A stretch of DNA of 64,000 nucleotides from an uncultured Gemmataceae bacterium (GCA_963750165.1 CAVVPN010000003.1:2976001-3040000), one strand, 5' to 3'; counted from the first letter of the stretch, positions 28,306 to 38,760 are shown. A program made the numbers and translations. The notes: generated by a model from the letters alone, not told the origin.

Positions 28306-31300
28306 ATGACCCAGCACCCCGCCGACCTGAACTTGCTGTACGGCATCCTCGCCCTGCAACTGGATTTCATCAACCGCGACCAACTCGTCGCCGCCATGAA
28401 CGCCTGGGTGCTGGACAAAAGCCAACCCCTCGGCGCCATCCTCGTGGGCCAGCAAGCGCTCGCTCCCGAGCGACACACCCTGCTGCAAGCGCTGGTGCAG
28501 GAACACCTCAAGCAGCACCACCACGACCCGCAGCAGAGTCTGGCAGCGCTCAGCTCGGTTGCGTACGTCCAGCGCGACCTGCAACAGATCGCCGACGCCG
28601 AGGTGCAGGCCAGCCTGGGCCACGTCGCCAGCGCCTCCGCCGCCGGCGAACGATCCGAACGCCACCGCTCCCCACGTCGTGGGCAGGCCGACCGCCGCGG
28701 GCGCACGCTTTCGCATCCTGCGGCCCCACGCCAAGGGCGGCCTCGGCGAAGTCTTCGTGGCCCACGACGAGGAACTGCACCGCGAAGTGGCCCTCAAGGA
28801 GATCCAGACGCAACACGCCGATCACCCGGACAGCCGGACGCGCTTCGTGCTGGAAGCGGAAATCACCGGCGGTCTGGAACATCCCGGCATCGTGCCGGTG
28901 TACGGCCTGGGCCAGTACGCCGACGGCAGGCCGTTTTACGCCATGCGCTTCATCCGGGGCGACAGCCTGAAAACGGCCTGCGAGCGCTTTCACCAGGCGG
29001 ACGTGCCGGGGCGCGATCCGGGACAGCGGACGCTGGAACTGCGGCAACTGCTGGGCCGGTTGATCGACGTGTGCCAGGCCATGCAGTACGCCCATGACCG
29101 CGGCGTCCTGCACCGCGATTTGAAGCCGGGCAACATCATGCTCGGCAAGTACGGCGAAACGCTGGTGGTCGATTGGGGGCTGGCCAAGGCGCTGGGCAAA
29201 TTTTCGGAGCCGGAAGCGTCCGCGACGGTAGCCGAGGAACCCACGCTCCGGCCCACGTCCGCCAGCAGCGCCGGGCAGACCCTGTACGGCTCGGCCCTGG
29301 GCACGCCCGCCTACATGAGTCCGGAGCAAGCCGCCGGACGCCTGGATCAGCTGGGACCGGCCAGCGACGTCTACAGTCTCGGGGCGACGCTGTATTTCCT
29401 GCTGACCGGCAGAGCCCCGTTCGCGAAACGCGAGGACGGCGAGATGCTGCAGCGTGTGCAGCGTGGCGACTTTCCGCAGCCGCGTCAGGTCAAGGCCGCG
29501 GTGCCGCCGGCCCTGGAGGCGATTTGCCTGAAGGCCATGGCGCTGGCGCCGGCCCACCGTTATGGCAGCCCGCGGCAGCTGGCCAGTGACCTGGAGCACT
29601 GGTTGGCCGACGAGCCGGTGAGCGCCTGGCCCGAGCCGTGGACGGTGCGCACGCGGCGCTGGGTGGGCCGGCATCGCACGCAGGTAACAGCGACGGCGGC
29701 GGCGCTGGTGGTGGCCCTGGTCGCGGCGACGGTGGGGGCCATCTGGTATCAGCATGAGCAAGCACAACGGGAGGCGGAGCAGGCCCGGCTCGCTGCCGAG
29801 GAGAAGCAGCGGCAGGCCGAGTTGGCGGTGCGAAAGGAATACGCCAACAAGGAGGTGGGCACGGCCCTGACGGCGGCGGACGACAAACTGCGGAAGTTGC
29901 GGCAGCAGATCGACGATCCGAAAAACGTGCAGGAGTTGTTGAGTGAACCGGACAAATGGCACGACCAGTTGCAGGCGGCGCGAGCGGACTGGCAGCAGGC
30001 GCAAAAGCTGGCGGCGGGCAATGAGGGGTTGTTGGAGTCGCGCTGGACGGCGGCGTTGTGGCGGCTGAAGGAGCGTCTGGAGTGGGAGGAATCGGGGTAT
30101 GATTTGGCGAATAAGTTCGTCGGCGTGCGCTTGCGGGCTTCGACCTCGGTGGAAGGCAAGGTCGATTTTCGGGTGGCGGCTTGGGAATATCCCAAGGTGT
30201 TTGCGGCAGTTGGCCTGGAGGTAAAGGCGGGGGAGGAAGCCGCGCTTGCAGCACGCATCCAGGCTTCCCCGGCGCGGCCGGCGCTGGTGGCGGCGCTGGA
30301 CCACTGGGCAGCGGTTGAGAAAAATAGGGCATTACAAGATCGGTTGCTGGCCGTTGCCCAGCAAGTCGACCCGAAACCCTGGCGGGAGCGCGTGCGGGAC
30401 TGGAACAGCTTTATCCCACCTTGAAACATAGAAAAACCACTACTGGGGCTGGCCGAGGAGGACTTGGACGAGGAAATCGTCGTCCCAGCCGGCTTGGTGG
30501 TAGTGCCGCTCCTCGGTGCGGCCTTGCCCCAGGTCGAGCGTGTGGCGGTAGCGGTGCTCGGTGCCCGCGAAGTCCTCCTCCAGCCCGCCGAGGAGGACCT
30601 GTTGGACACCGGCGTACAGCGTCGGCTGGTTCTCCTTCACGGCAAGCACGTAGTCGGCCCCGGCCACGACGACCGCGGCGGCGATTTTCTTCCGACAGCC
30701 CAGGGCGTCGATGGTGGCCAGGGCGCCATGCGGGGCGAGGAGCTTGACAAGCAGCCCTGGCAGTTCGTCCCAGCAGCGGGCCAGGCCAATTCAACCTCGG
30801 CGTTGCCCTTTATTGGAGCAAGGACCTGCCCGGGGCCATCCACCACCACCGCGCCGTCGAAATCGACCCCGAATTCGCCAAGGGCCACGTTAGCCTTGGT
30901 GTTGTCCTGCGTGACAACAAGAACCTGCCCGGGGCCATCCACCACCGCCGCGCCGTCGAAATCGACCCCAAATACGCCCCGGCCCACATCAACCTCGGCC
31001 TCACCCTGCTTCAACAGGGACAGTTTGCCGAAGCCCACGATGCCACCCCGCCAGGCCTTGAAATTACTCCCTCCTGGCGACCCCCTGGAAAAGGCCGCCC
31101 AGCAACGGTTAAAGCTCTGCGAACAACTCCTGGCCGTGGAGGCCAGGGTCAACGCCTACCTCGACAAGGGCGAGGCTCCCACCCAGCCCAAAGAACTGGG
31201 GGAACTGATCGACCTGTGTACCAGGTACAAGCACTACCACGCCACCGCGGCCGATCTTTTCCTGCTCCTGTTCAAAGCGCAACCGGCCGTGGCCGACAAC

Positions 31301-31963
31301 CTGGACAGCGGCTACCGCTTCCGGGCCGCGCTCTCCGCCGCGCTGGCCGCCGCGGGGCAGAGCCGCGAACCTGGTGGAAAACTCTCCGACGAGGCCCAGG
31401 CCAAAAAGCGTGCCCAGGCCCTGACCTGGCTGCAAGCCGATTTGCAGCAGTGGCGCCAACGCTTCGCCGCCCGCGACCCCAAAGCGCTGCCCGGCTTGCT
31501 GACCCGCCTGCCCACCTGGCAAAAGGAGCCAGCGTTTGCCCACGTCCGCGATCCCAACTCATTAGCCAAACTGCCCGCGGAGGTGCACAAGGACTGGGCC
31601 AGGCTCTGGGCCGACGTGGAGCAACTCGGCAAGGACATCGCCGCCCATGTCCACACCGAGCGCTTCCCCGGCACCTTGACCGCCCAGATCAAGGAACAGC
31701 CCCACCAGGTAACATGGCAAGCCGGCAAAACTTGCCTCATCGACCTGGAAAGCAGCGCGTTCGACACCGTGTTGCGCCTGCACGACGCCAAGGGCAAACT
31801 GCTGGCCGAGAACGACGACATCGTTCCCGGCGTCAACCTGCATTCCCGGCTGATCTTCACGCCGAAGGAAGACGGCACCTATCGCCTGGTCGCCACGTCC
31901 TTCGAGCAGCGCGGCAGCGGGGCGTACACGTTGACCATTCGCTCCTTTGTGGAAAAGCAATAG
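28306..31963 (+). pseudogene. Disrupted Ser/Thr kinase-TM-TPR-PPC gene: frameshifts near 28650 and 31050, interrupted at ~30424-30760 by an ISAs1 remnant
   Basis: N-terminus ADLNLLYGILALQLDFI; HAKGGLG, VALKEI, HRDLKPGN, DWGLA, GTPAYMSPEQ; TPRs (AVEIDPKYAPAHINLG); PPC-like end (FDTVLRLHDAKGKLLAENDD...GAYTLTI). Confidence 0.75.
30440..30750 (-). mobile_element. ISAs1-family transposase remnant, truncated and internally deleted
   Basis: TIDALGCRKKIAAAVVVAGADYVLAVKENQPTL...GRTEERHY joined directly to a C-terminal-like GWDDDFLVQVL. Confidence 0.75.
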
Positions 31964-32016
31964 CCCGCGACCTCGATCCCCGGATGAGCCGGGATCCTGC
32001 TTTGAAAGGATTGAAG

Positions 32017-32250
32017 ATGATTGAGTCGCCAATTATCGCGGAACTGCTCGCCAACGCGGTGGCCGAAGCCACTCCCAAGATCAAGGCCGAGGAATTGTTA
32101 CGTGTGATTCAGAAACGTTATCGGGAACTGCCGGAGGGATTGGCTGCTGCCGTCCGCGCTTGTGCCGATAGTCAACAACTGGATCGTTGGCTGGATGTGG
32201 CCCTGGAAGCCGAAACCCTGGCGCAGTTCCGCCAACAGACTGGCCTGTGA
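32017..32250 (+). CDS. 77-aa orphan protein resembling the C-terminal helical domain of Rpn/DUF4351-type proteins
   Basis: AAAGGA-N6-ATG; MIESPIIAEL...LLRVIQKRYRELPEGLAAAVRACADSQQLDRWLDVALEAETLAQFR. Confidence 0.65.
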   Translation: MIESPIIAELLANAVAEATPKIKAEELLRVIQKRYRELPEGLAAAVRACADSQQLDRWLDVALEAETLAQFRQQTGL

Positions 32251-32323
32251 GCAACAGGGGTGGGCAGTGGTCGGTGCGGAACCGGATCGGCGCCGCCAGG
32301 TTGCCGAGCGGCCTTTTCGGTTC

Positions 32324-32400
32324 GTAGCGGAAGTCGCCAGACTTCCGGAGCGCCTCCGGAAGTCTGGCGGCTTCCGCTACACCAAAATGCAAACCGCTCT
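32324..32400. repeat. REP doublet (same family as 23094) followed by a TGCAAACCGCTCT terminus
   Basis: GTAGCGGAAGTCGCCAGACTTCCG...CGGAAGTCTGGCGGCTTCCGCTAC. Confidence 0.85.
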
Positions 32401-32408
32401 GAAGCCAC

Positions 32409-34028
32409 TCAATGATTAAACCGAAACTCTGCGCTCGTCACCAGCGCCCACACCACCTGCTGGCACGCCGCCTCCGGTCGATCCGTGCGGCTTTCCATGT
32501 AGGAAACGAGGACCTTCACTTCCTCCGCACGGGCGGGCCGACCGAGCACCGTGCGCACCGCCAGATGGACACGTTTCGCCAGGTCCGGTTCCTTCGCCAG
32601 AGTCGCCGGCAACGCGCCCGGGCCCTCCAGAAGCGACTTCTGCAGCGCCTCATTGTTCGCGAACAGCATCGCCTCGGCGACCCCCACCTGGAAGCGGTCG
32701 GTCGGCTGAGCGAACAGATTCGCCAGGCCCGACGCGCTATTCTCGATGGCTTCAATGCGTTTCTCGACATCGGTCGCGAGCGACTTCGGATCGGCGGTCG
32801 CGATCTTGAGCGAGGCCGCCAGCTGCATCGGCGCCAGCGCCCGCACGGACGCGACCGCGAACAACCGGTCATCGGGTGTCTTGTCGCCTTCCCAACGACT
32901 CGACCGCGCATACGCCTTCGAGAGCACCAGGCCGCGTGCCAGACGTTTCAGATCGTAGCCGTGTTCGGCAGTGTCGCGCGCCAGCCAGTCGAGCAACTCG
33001 GGATGGCTTGCCTTGTTCTCGCTATGCACCTGATCGAGCGGCATCACCAGGCCGCGGCCCAGGAAGCGATGCACCATGCGATTGGCGATGTTACGGGCGA
33101 AGAAGTCCCGGCTCTCCGGCGCCAGCGCGATCTCCACCAACTTGGCGCGCAGACTGAAGTTCGGCGGCGCCGGCGGGGCTTTGGCCTTTTTGCCGAGATT
33201 GAGCCGTTTCTGCTCTTGTTGTTTTTCCGCACCGGTCGGCGCCTTCATGCCGGGAGCGTCGATCTTCTTGCCCGTCAGGAAAAGCACCGGCGATACCTTC
33301 TCCGTGCCCTTGTTCGGGATGTATTTGACCACGCCGAAGTCGCGCTCGCCCAGAAAGCCGCCGCTGTCCACCGTGCGGGCAAAGAACGATTTCATGCCGT
33401 AGAACTGATCTTGAGTCCATTGCTGGACGTGCGGATGATCATGACACTGGGCGCAACTGACATTCACACCGAAGAAGATGCTCGAGGTGTCAATGGTGAG
33501 TCGATTGAGATCTTTCACGCGCGTCTTGAGGAATTCCGCAGCCCCCGCGTGCTTGACGGCCGTCTCGTCGGGAAGCATGATGTCCTTGAACATGCGATCC
33601 CAGCGGTAGTTCTCGCGGAAGCTGACCAGCAAATAATCGTACAGCCCTTTACCCCCGCCCTTGCGCGGCCGGTTGTCGGCGTATCGCATGAACGCATAGA
33701 AGCTCCGGGCACCATGTCGGCTGAACGTCGGTGAGGCGAGCAACCGATCAACGAGTTTCACCTTCCTGTCAGGGTCGCTGCTCTTGAGGTAGTCGTCCAC
33801 CTCGGAGAGCGTCGGCACGCGGCCATTGAGATCGAGCGTCAAGCGGCGCAGGATGGCGGCATCAGACGCTGGCGGCGCGGGGGTGATTTTCGCCGCCGTC
33901 AGCCTGGCGTCGATGTAATGATCCACCGCCTGTTCGATGGTTCGATCCGCCGGCAAGAGTTTGTCTTGCGCCAACACCGCGGTCGAGCTGAGCAGCAAGC
34001 AAGCGCACGCAACAAGCTTTTGCATCAT
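32409..34028 (-). CDS. DUF1549/DUF1553 domain protein
   Basis: Signal peptide; ILRRLTLDLNGRVPT; SCAQCHDHP; NRMVHRFLGRGLV; SHPELLDWLA; WALVTSAEFRFNH. Confidence 0.93.
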   Translation of the reverse strand: MMQKLVACACLLLSSTAVLAQDKLLPADRTIEQAVDHYIDARLTAAKITPAPPASDAAILRRLTLDLNGRVPTLSEVDDYLKSSDPDRKVKLVDRLLASPTFSRHGARSFYAFMRYADNRPRKGGGKGLYDYLLVSFRENYRWDRMFKDIMLPDETAVKHAGAAEFLKTRVKDLNRLTIDTSSIFFGVNVSCAQCHDHPHVQQWTQDQFYGMKSFFARTVDSGGFLGERDFGVVKYIPNKGTEKVSPVLFLTGKKIDAPGMKAPTGAEKQQEQKRLNLGKKAKAPPAPPNFSLRAKLVEIALAPESRDFFARNIANRMVHRFLGRGLVMPLDQVHSENKASHPELLDWLARDTAEHGYDLKRLARGLVLSKAYARSSRWEGDKTPDDRLFAVASVRALAPMQLAASLKIATADPKSLATDVEKRIEAIENSASGLANLFAQPTDRFQVGVAEAMLFANNEALQKSLLEGPGALPATLAKEPDLAKRVHLAVRTVLGRPARAEEVKVLVSYMESRTDRPEAACQQVVWALVTSAEFRFNH

Positions 34029-34309
34029 GGCCAGGACGCCTCCGTGGGGGAGGAAAGGTGGGATGGCAGGAAGGCTATGAAAGAGGATACAGCAATGAGG
34101 GACAGGAGGCAATCAAAAACACTTGCCGAGTCATGGAGAATCCTTGAACCTGTGGGCAGTCGAGCCAGCAGTTACCACGTCAGTCCTGCCTTGCGCGTCG
34201 CTTACATCGACCGATCACTTCCAACAATCTGGTTGCCGCGGCGGCCTTTGCCCTTGCACCTACCCCGCCGGCGCGCCAAAGTGCAGTTGCCCGTCTTGAG
34301 GAACTGCCC

Positions 34310-35041
34310 ATGCCCACGATCCGGCACGCCCTTCTAAGCGATGTCGGCCTGCGCCACACCACCAACGATGACCGCGCCCACGCCGACCCCGAACGCGGCC
34401 TGTACCTCGTCAGCGACGGCATGGGCGAAGCCAAATCAGCGCAACTGGTCGTGGACACGCTGCCGGGCCTGCTGGCCGAGGCCGTGCCCGCGGACGCCGA
34501 CCTGACGCAGCCCGACACCGCCGCCCGCGTCAAACAAGCCATCGCCACCACCGGCCGGCAAGTGCGCGACGCCCGCCGCGCCGACCCTTCGAGAACCGGC
34601 GCGACATTGGTGCTGGCACTGATGCATGGCGACCGGGCGCTGCTGGCCCACGTCGGCGACAGCCGCATCTACCGCTGCCGCGCCGGCAACCTGGAGTGGC
34701 GCACCCGCGACCATTCGCGGGTGCAGCGGATGCTCGACCTGGGCTGGATCACCGAAGGCGAGGCGCTCCTGTCACTGGGCAACGGTGGCCCGACGCGCTT
34801 CCTGGGCATGGCCGAGGACGCCGTGGCTGACGTGTGCGTCGAAACTCTGGCAGGCGGCGACCGGCTGCTGCTGTGCAGCGACGGCCTGACGGAGATGCTG
34901 ACCGACCAGCAGATCGAGGCAGTGCTGCGCCAGGCGCCGGACACGGAGACGGCGTGCCGGCGGTTGGTCGCGGCGGCCAACGCGGCCGGCGGTCGGGACA
35001 ACGTGACCGTGCTGCTGCTCGACGTGGCCGAAACGGGCTGA
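34310..35041 (+). CDS. PP2C-family Ser/Thr phosphatase
   Basis: VSDGMG, GATL, HVGDSRIY, LLCSDGL, GGRDNVT. Confidence 0.93.
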   Translation: MPTIRHALLSDVGLRHTTNDDRAHADPERGLYLVSDGMGEAKSAQLVVDTLPGLLAEAVPADADLTQPDTAARVKQAIATTGRQVRDARRADPSRTGATLVLALMHGDRALLAHVGDSRIYRCRAGNLEWRTRDHSRVQRMLDLGWITEGEALLSLGNGGPTRFLGMAEDAVADVCVETLAGGDRLLLCSDGLTEMLTDQQIEAVLRQAPDTETACRRLVAAANAAGGRDNVTVLLLDVAETG

Positions 35042-35248
35042 GAGCAACTTGCTCTTTTTCGTGGACGGCCCCTGTGCTATGGCACGCCCCGCTTGCCGGA
35101 GCACTCCGCAGCACCCGCGCAGTCCGCAAGCACCCCGTCGCGCCGGCGGCCGTGTCCCGCACGCTCCACCGGCGCCGTTCGACCCCTCGTCTCCTTCCGG
35201 CTGCCGACGCCAGGACGGCGCGGCTCGCCGGCGACAAAGGATCCGATC

Positions 35249-35878
35249 ATGCGTAAGGAAGCGCTCGCGGTGCTGACCGTCGTGGGCACGGTGTTGTGGA
35301 TCGCCCCCAACCCCGCCCTCGGTGCGCAGCTTTGAGGGCCGGGGGGGTGCTCACCCCAGATGATCGGCCGTGCGCCGGTCCAGTCCGCCCCGCTGTTTCT
35401 GCCGCCGGCGCCACCGCCCCAGCAGTACGTCCGGCCGGCACCCCAGCAACCCTATCCGCAGGCGCAGCCGCAGTGGAACCCCGGCCCGGCGCCGACCGCG
35501 GCGCTGCCGCCGCCGGTCATTCGCGGCAAGGCCGAGGATGAGCCACTGCCCGCCCCAGTACCGCTCGCGCCGTCCAGTCCGCCGCCGTCGCCCGCGCTGC
35601 TGCAACTGCCCCCGCCGAGCGCACTCGGCGTCCGGGACGCGGCCCTGACACCGGCCGCACCGGGGCTGGACTGGAACGCGGTTCACGCCCAGCTCCAGCG
35701 GCTCGGCGCCGTCGGCTTTCAGGTGAGCCGGCTGCCGCAGGGCGGTCATCGGGTGACCTTCGTGTTGCCCACCGCGCAGGCGGGGCAGACGCGCCACATC
35801 GTGGCGGACGCCGCCGACGAGGCGGCGGCCGTCCGGGCGGCGCTGGCCAGAGCCGAACAGGCGGTCTTGCAGCGGTGA
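35249..35878 (+). CDS. Secreted Pro-rich protein with an in-frame TGA at 35333-35335 (recoding candidate or nonsense mutation)
   Basis: AAAGGA RBS; signal peptide MRKEALAVLTVVGTVLWIAPNPALG; in frame with the 35360 ORF (offset 111 nt). Confidence 0.65.
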
Positions 35879-35886
35879 CAGTGTCT

Positions 35887-35936
35887 TCCGCCGGGCGGCT
35901 CGACCCCACCGGTTGAGCCGCCCGGCGGATTTTTTT
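35887..35936 (+). terminator. Intrinsic terminator
   Basis: TCCGCCGGGCGGCTC...GAGCCGCCCGGCGGA followed by T7. Confidence 0.8.
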
Positions 35937-35949
35937 CGCCCTGGGTTGT

Positions 35950-35978
35950 TTGCGCCGGCCTGAATCGCGTGCTATGGT
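35950..35978 (+). promoter_or_regulatory. Putative sigma70 promoter of the PilZ gene
   Basis: TTGCGC-N17-TATGGT with extended -10 TG. Confidence 0.45.
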
Positions 35979-36020
35979 ACAGGGGGAGAGTACGTACCAG
36001 GGGCCGACGCGAGACGCATC

Positions 36021-36623
36021 ATGAGCCTGACCGAACTGCAAGGAGTTGCGAATACCGTCGTTCGCCGCGCTCAGCGCCAGGGGTTCGTCTTGCCGCGCGA
36101 CATTCGCGCCGAACTGACACGGATGGGCTTGCCCGAGGAACAATGGAAGGATGTCATCGAACTGGCCCGCGAGTCGCTCCATTTTCGCCAGGGCCGCTAT
36201 TTCTTTCTCTCCAGCGTCAGCCCACGGCTGCGCCAGGAACTGACGCAGCAACAACTCATCGCGCGGGCCATCCAGCGCCTCATCCGCCACCACCGCACCC
36301 AGACCAGCCCGAACGACCGCCGACGGGAAGACCGCCTGGATTTCATCCAACCGGTGAAGGTGCGATCTGACGATGGCCACGAAACCACACTGTTGAGCCG
36401 CGACCTCTCCACCACCGGCATTCGTCTGATCGGCACGCGCAGCCTGCTCGGCCAGAAAATCCGCGTGCAGTTGCCCGCTGGCGACGATGGCTCCGTCCTC
36501 ACCTTGCTGGTGCGCATCCTCTGGACCGCCGCCATCGGTGACGAACTGTTCGAGAATGGTGGCTCCTTCATCGAGATGGTCGCGCCGCCGACCGAGGGGC
36601 TCAAGCTGGTCGGCACGTCGTGA
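36021..36623 (+). CDS. PilZ-domain protein
   Basis: RxxxR (RREDR) and DxSxxG (DLSTTG) c-di-GMP motifs. Confidence 0.85.
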   Translation: MSLTELQGVANTVVRRAQRQGFVLPRDIRAELTRMGLPEEQWKDVIELARESLHFRQGRYFFLSSVSPRLRQELTQQQLIARAIQRLIRHHRTQTSPNDRRREDRLDFIQPVKVRSDDGHETTLLSRDLSTTGIRLIGTRSLLGQKIRVQLPAGDDGSVLTLLVRILWTAAIGDELFENGGSFIEMVAPPTEGLKLVGTS

Positions 36624-36624
36624 A

Positions 36625-36720
36625 GGTGAGGGGGTGAATGGGTGAGGGGATGAATGGGTGAGGGGGTGAAAGAAGCTGTCTTTTCACCCCCTCACCCATT
36701 CATCCCCTCACCCATTCACC
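36625..36720. repeat. Inverted repeat built from 8-bp units (GGGTGAGG/GGGTGAAT)n
   Basis: Six 8-mers, a short spacer, then their reverse complement, between convergent genes. Confidence 0.85.
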
Positions 36721-37495
36721 TCGTACGGTCCATCTGCTCCAGGACTGCGAGAATGGCCGAGCGGCAGTCCAGGGCCGTCGCCTCGTACTGGCGCTCGTAA
36801 CCCGGTGCCGTTTGCACCGTACAGATGAACTTGTGGCCGTTTCCGAATGACTCCTGCCGATACGATACCATTTTGCGCGACTTCAACTGGGCCAGCAACG
36901 AATCGTAGTCCCCAGACCCCACCGGCGAGGCGTAGGCGCTGGCGGGCACCAGGCCACCGGCGGCGGTGGGACCCGGCGCCGACGGTGCGTCCGGCAATGG
37001 CTGCACCACCACCGGTTGTGGGCGGCCCAGCGTCACACCGGGCGGCCCGTGTTCCTGCAGCCGCGGCGTGGGCGCCGGCGCCGGCGCGGGGTTCACGACA
37101 CTGGTGGGCACCTGCCAGCTGCCGACCGGCTGTGCGGTGCGCTTGCCCTCCTCAATGGCCAGGCCGGAGCGGGCGCCCGGCAGCGGATCGCCCAGGGCCA
37201 TGGCGGCGTTGCTGCTCGACGATGTGGCGGTTGGGTTTGACGGCAAGGCGGACCACTTCGTCTTGGTCGTGGGCGTCGGCGAGGTTGTGGCCGTCGGCGT
37301 CGTCAACGGGTAAGTCTGCGGTTGCATCTCGCCGACGAGCGGGTCGCCGGCGCCCAGCTTGGACGGAGCGACCGACGGCGCTTGACAGCCGGCCAGCCAG
37401 ACCAGGGCCGACACCGCCACGGCGCAGACGAAACGGCGCGGCCGTCGGGGGGGCAGCCCCCGCGGGCGTTTTCCGGGCTGTGGTTGCCTTGGCAT
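36716..37495 (-). CDS. Pro-rich lipoprotein with small C-terminal alpha/beta domain (start uncertain)
   Basis: Lipobox WLAGC; GDPLVG; C-terminal YDSLLAQLKSRKMVSYRQE...HKFICTV...YEATALDCRSAILAVLEQM. Confidence 0.75.
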   Translation of the reverse strand: MPRQPQPGKRPRGLPPRRPRRFVCAVAVSALVWLAGCQAPSVAPSKLGAGDPLVGEMQPQTYPLTTPTATTSPTPTTKTKWSALPSNPTATSSSSNAAMALGDPLPGARSGLAIEEGKRTAQPVGSWQVPTSVVNPAPAPAPTPRLQEHGPPGVTLGRPQPVVVQPLPDAPSAPGPTAAGGLVPASAYASPVGSGDYDSLLAQLKSRKMVSYRQESFGNGHKFICTVQTAPGYERQYEATALDCRSAILAVLEQMDRTR

Positions 37496-37594
37496 ATTGA
37501 CCCACTTGCCGCGCCGGCTAAATTGACGCTTCATCAAGAATTGTTAATCGGTCGTGAATGTCCCTCCCCTATAGGCAAAAGAAAGAATTTTGCA

Positions 37595-38650
37595 ATGGCA
37601 GCTCTGCACATCGCCGTCATCGCCGGCGACGGCATCGGCCCCGAGGTCATCGACCAGGCCGTGCGCGTCGTGGACGCCGCTGTCCGCCGCGAGAACGTCC
37701 GCCTCGACTGGAACCGCCTGCCCTGGAGTTCCGCCTATTACCAGCAAACCGGGCACATCGTGCCGCCGGACGGCTGGGACACGCTTGCCCGGCACGACGC
37801 CATTTTCCTCGGCGCCGTCGGCAGCCCGGCTGTTCCAGATACCGTCACCGTCCACGGCCTGTTGCTGCCGATGCGCCGCAAATTCGACCAGTACGTCAAC
37901 CTCCGCCCAGCCTACCTGTTCGACGGCGTGCAGTCGCCGCTGCGCGACAAGGCGCCCGGTTCCATTGACATGCTCGTCTACCGCGAGAACACCGAGGGCG
38001 AGTATGCGCCGGTCGGCGGCAAGCTGTACCCCGGTACGCCGCACGAGGTCGCGGTGCAGACGGCGGTGTTCACGCGCCGCGGCTGCGAACGCATCATGCG
38101 CGCGGCGTTCGCGGCGGCGCTGAAGCGGCGCCAGCGGCTCACGTCCGTCACCAAGTCGAACGCGCAGATTTACGGCATGACGCTATGGGATGACGTGTTC
38201 GCCGCGGTGGCGCAGGAGTTCCCGGAGGTGCAGGCCAGTTCGCTGCTGGTGGACGCGGCCGCGATGGACTTCGTGCGCAAACCGGAGGTCTTCGACGTGG
38301 TGGTGGCGAGCAATCTGTTCGGCGACATCCTAACGGACCTGAGCGCCATCGTGACGGGCAGCGTGGGGCTGGCGGCGAGCGGCAACGTCAACCCCGAGCG
38401 AACCGGGCCGAGCATGTTCGAGCCGGTCCACGGCAGCGCCCCGGACATCGCCGGCAAGGGGATTGCGAACCCGTTGGCGGCGGTGCTGTCGGCGGCGCTG
38501 ATGCTCGACCACCTGAACGTGCCGGCGGCCGCGGCGGCGATCCGGCGGGCGGTGGCGGCGGTGCTCCGGGCCGGTAAGCCACGCACGCCCGACCTTGGCG
38601 GCACGGCGAAGACGGCGGACGTGACCGAGGCGCTGCTGGCGGCGCTGTGA
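37595..38650 (+). CDS. Tartrate/D-malate dehydrogenase-like (isocitrate/isopropylmalate dehydrogenase family)
   Basis: IAGDGIGPEV, FDQYVNLRP, RENTEGEY, TKSN, SNLFGDILTDL, SMFEPVHGSAPDIAGKGIANP. Confidence 0.9.
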   Translation: MAALHIAVIAGDGIGPEVIDQAVRVVDAAVRRENVRLDWNRLPWSSAYYQQTGHIVPPDGWDTLARHDAIFLGAVGSPAVPDTVTVHGLLLPMRRKFDQYVNLRPAYLFDGVQSPLRDKAPGSIDMLVYRENTEGEYAPVGGKLYPGTPHEVAVQTAVFTRRGCERIMRAAFAAALKRRQRLTSVTKSNAQIYGMTLWDDVFAAVAQEFPEVQASSLLVDAAAMDFVRKPEVFDVVVASNLFGDILTDLSAIVTGSVGLAASGNVNPERTGPSMFEPVHGSAPDIAGKGIANPLAAVLSAALMLDHLNVPAAAAAIRRAVAAVLRAGKPRTPDLGGTAKTADVTEALLAAL

Positions 38651-38663
38651 AGGGCCGTTTTGT

Positions 38664-38715
38664 TTGAGCCCGCAGCGCCAGCGCGAGACATCCTTCGCTG
38701 GCGCTGCGGGCTCAA
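38664..38715. repeat. REP-like palindrome
   Basis: TTGAGCCCGCAGCGCCAGCG...CGCTGGCGCTGCGGGCTCAA. Confidence 0.75.
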
Positions 38716-38760
38716 GAAAATACAGGGCAATTCCGTATCAGTCCCGACCGCGCTTTCGCC

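Noticed and set aside
30464..31050. N-terminal half of the 499-aa ORF as real protein
   Set aside because: It is the antisense of the ISAs1 remnant plus out-of-frame TPR sequence
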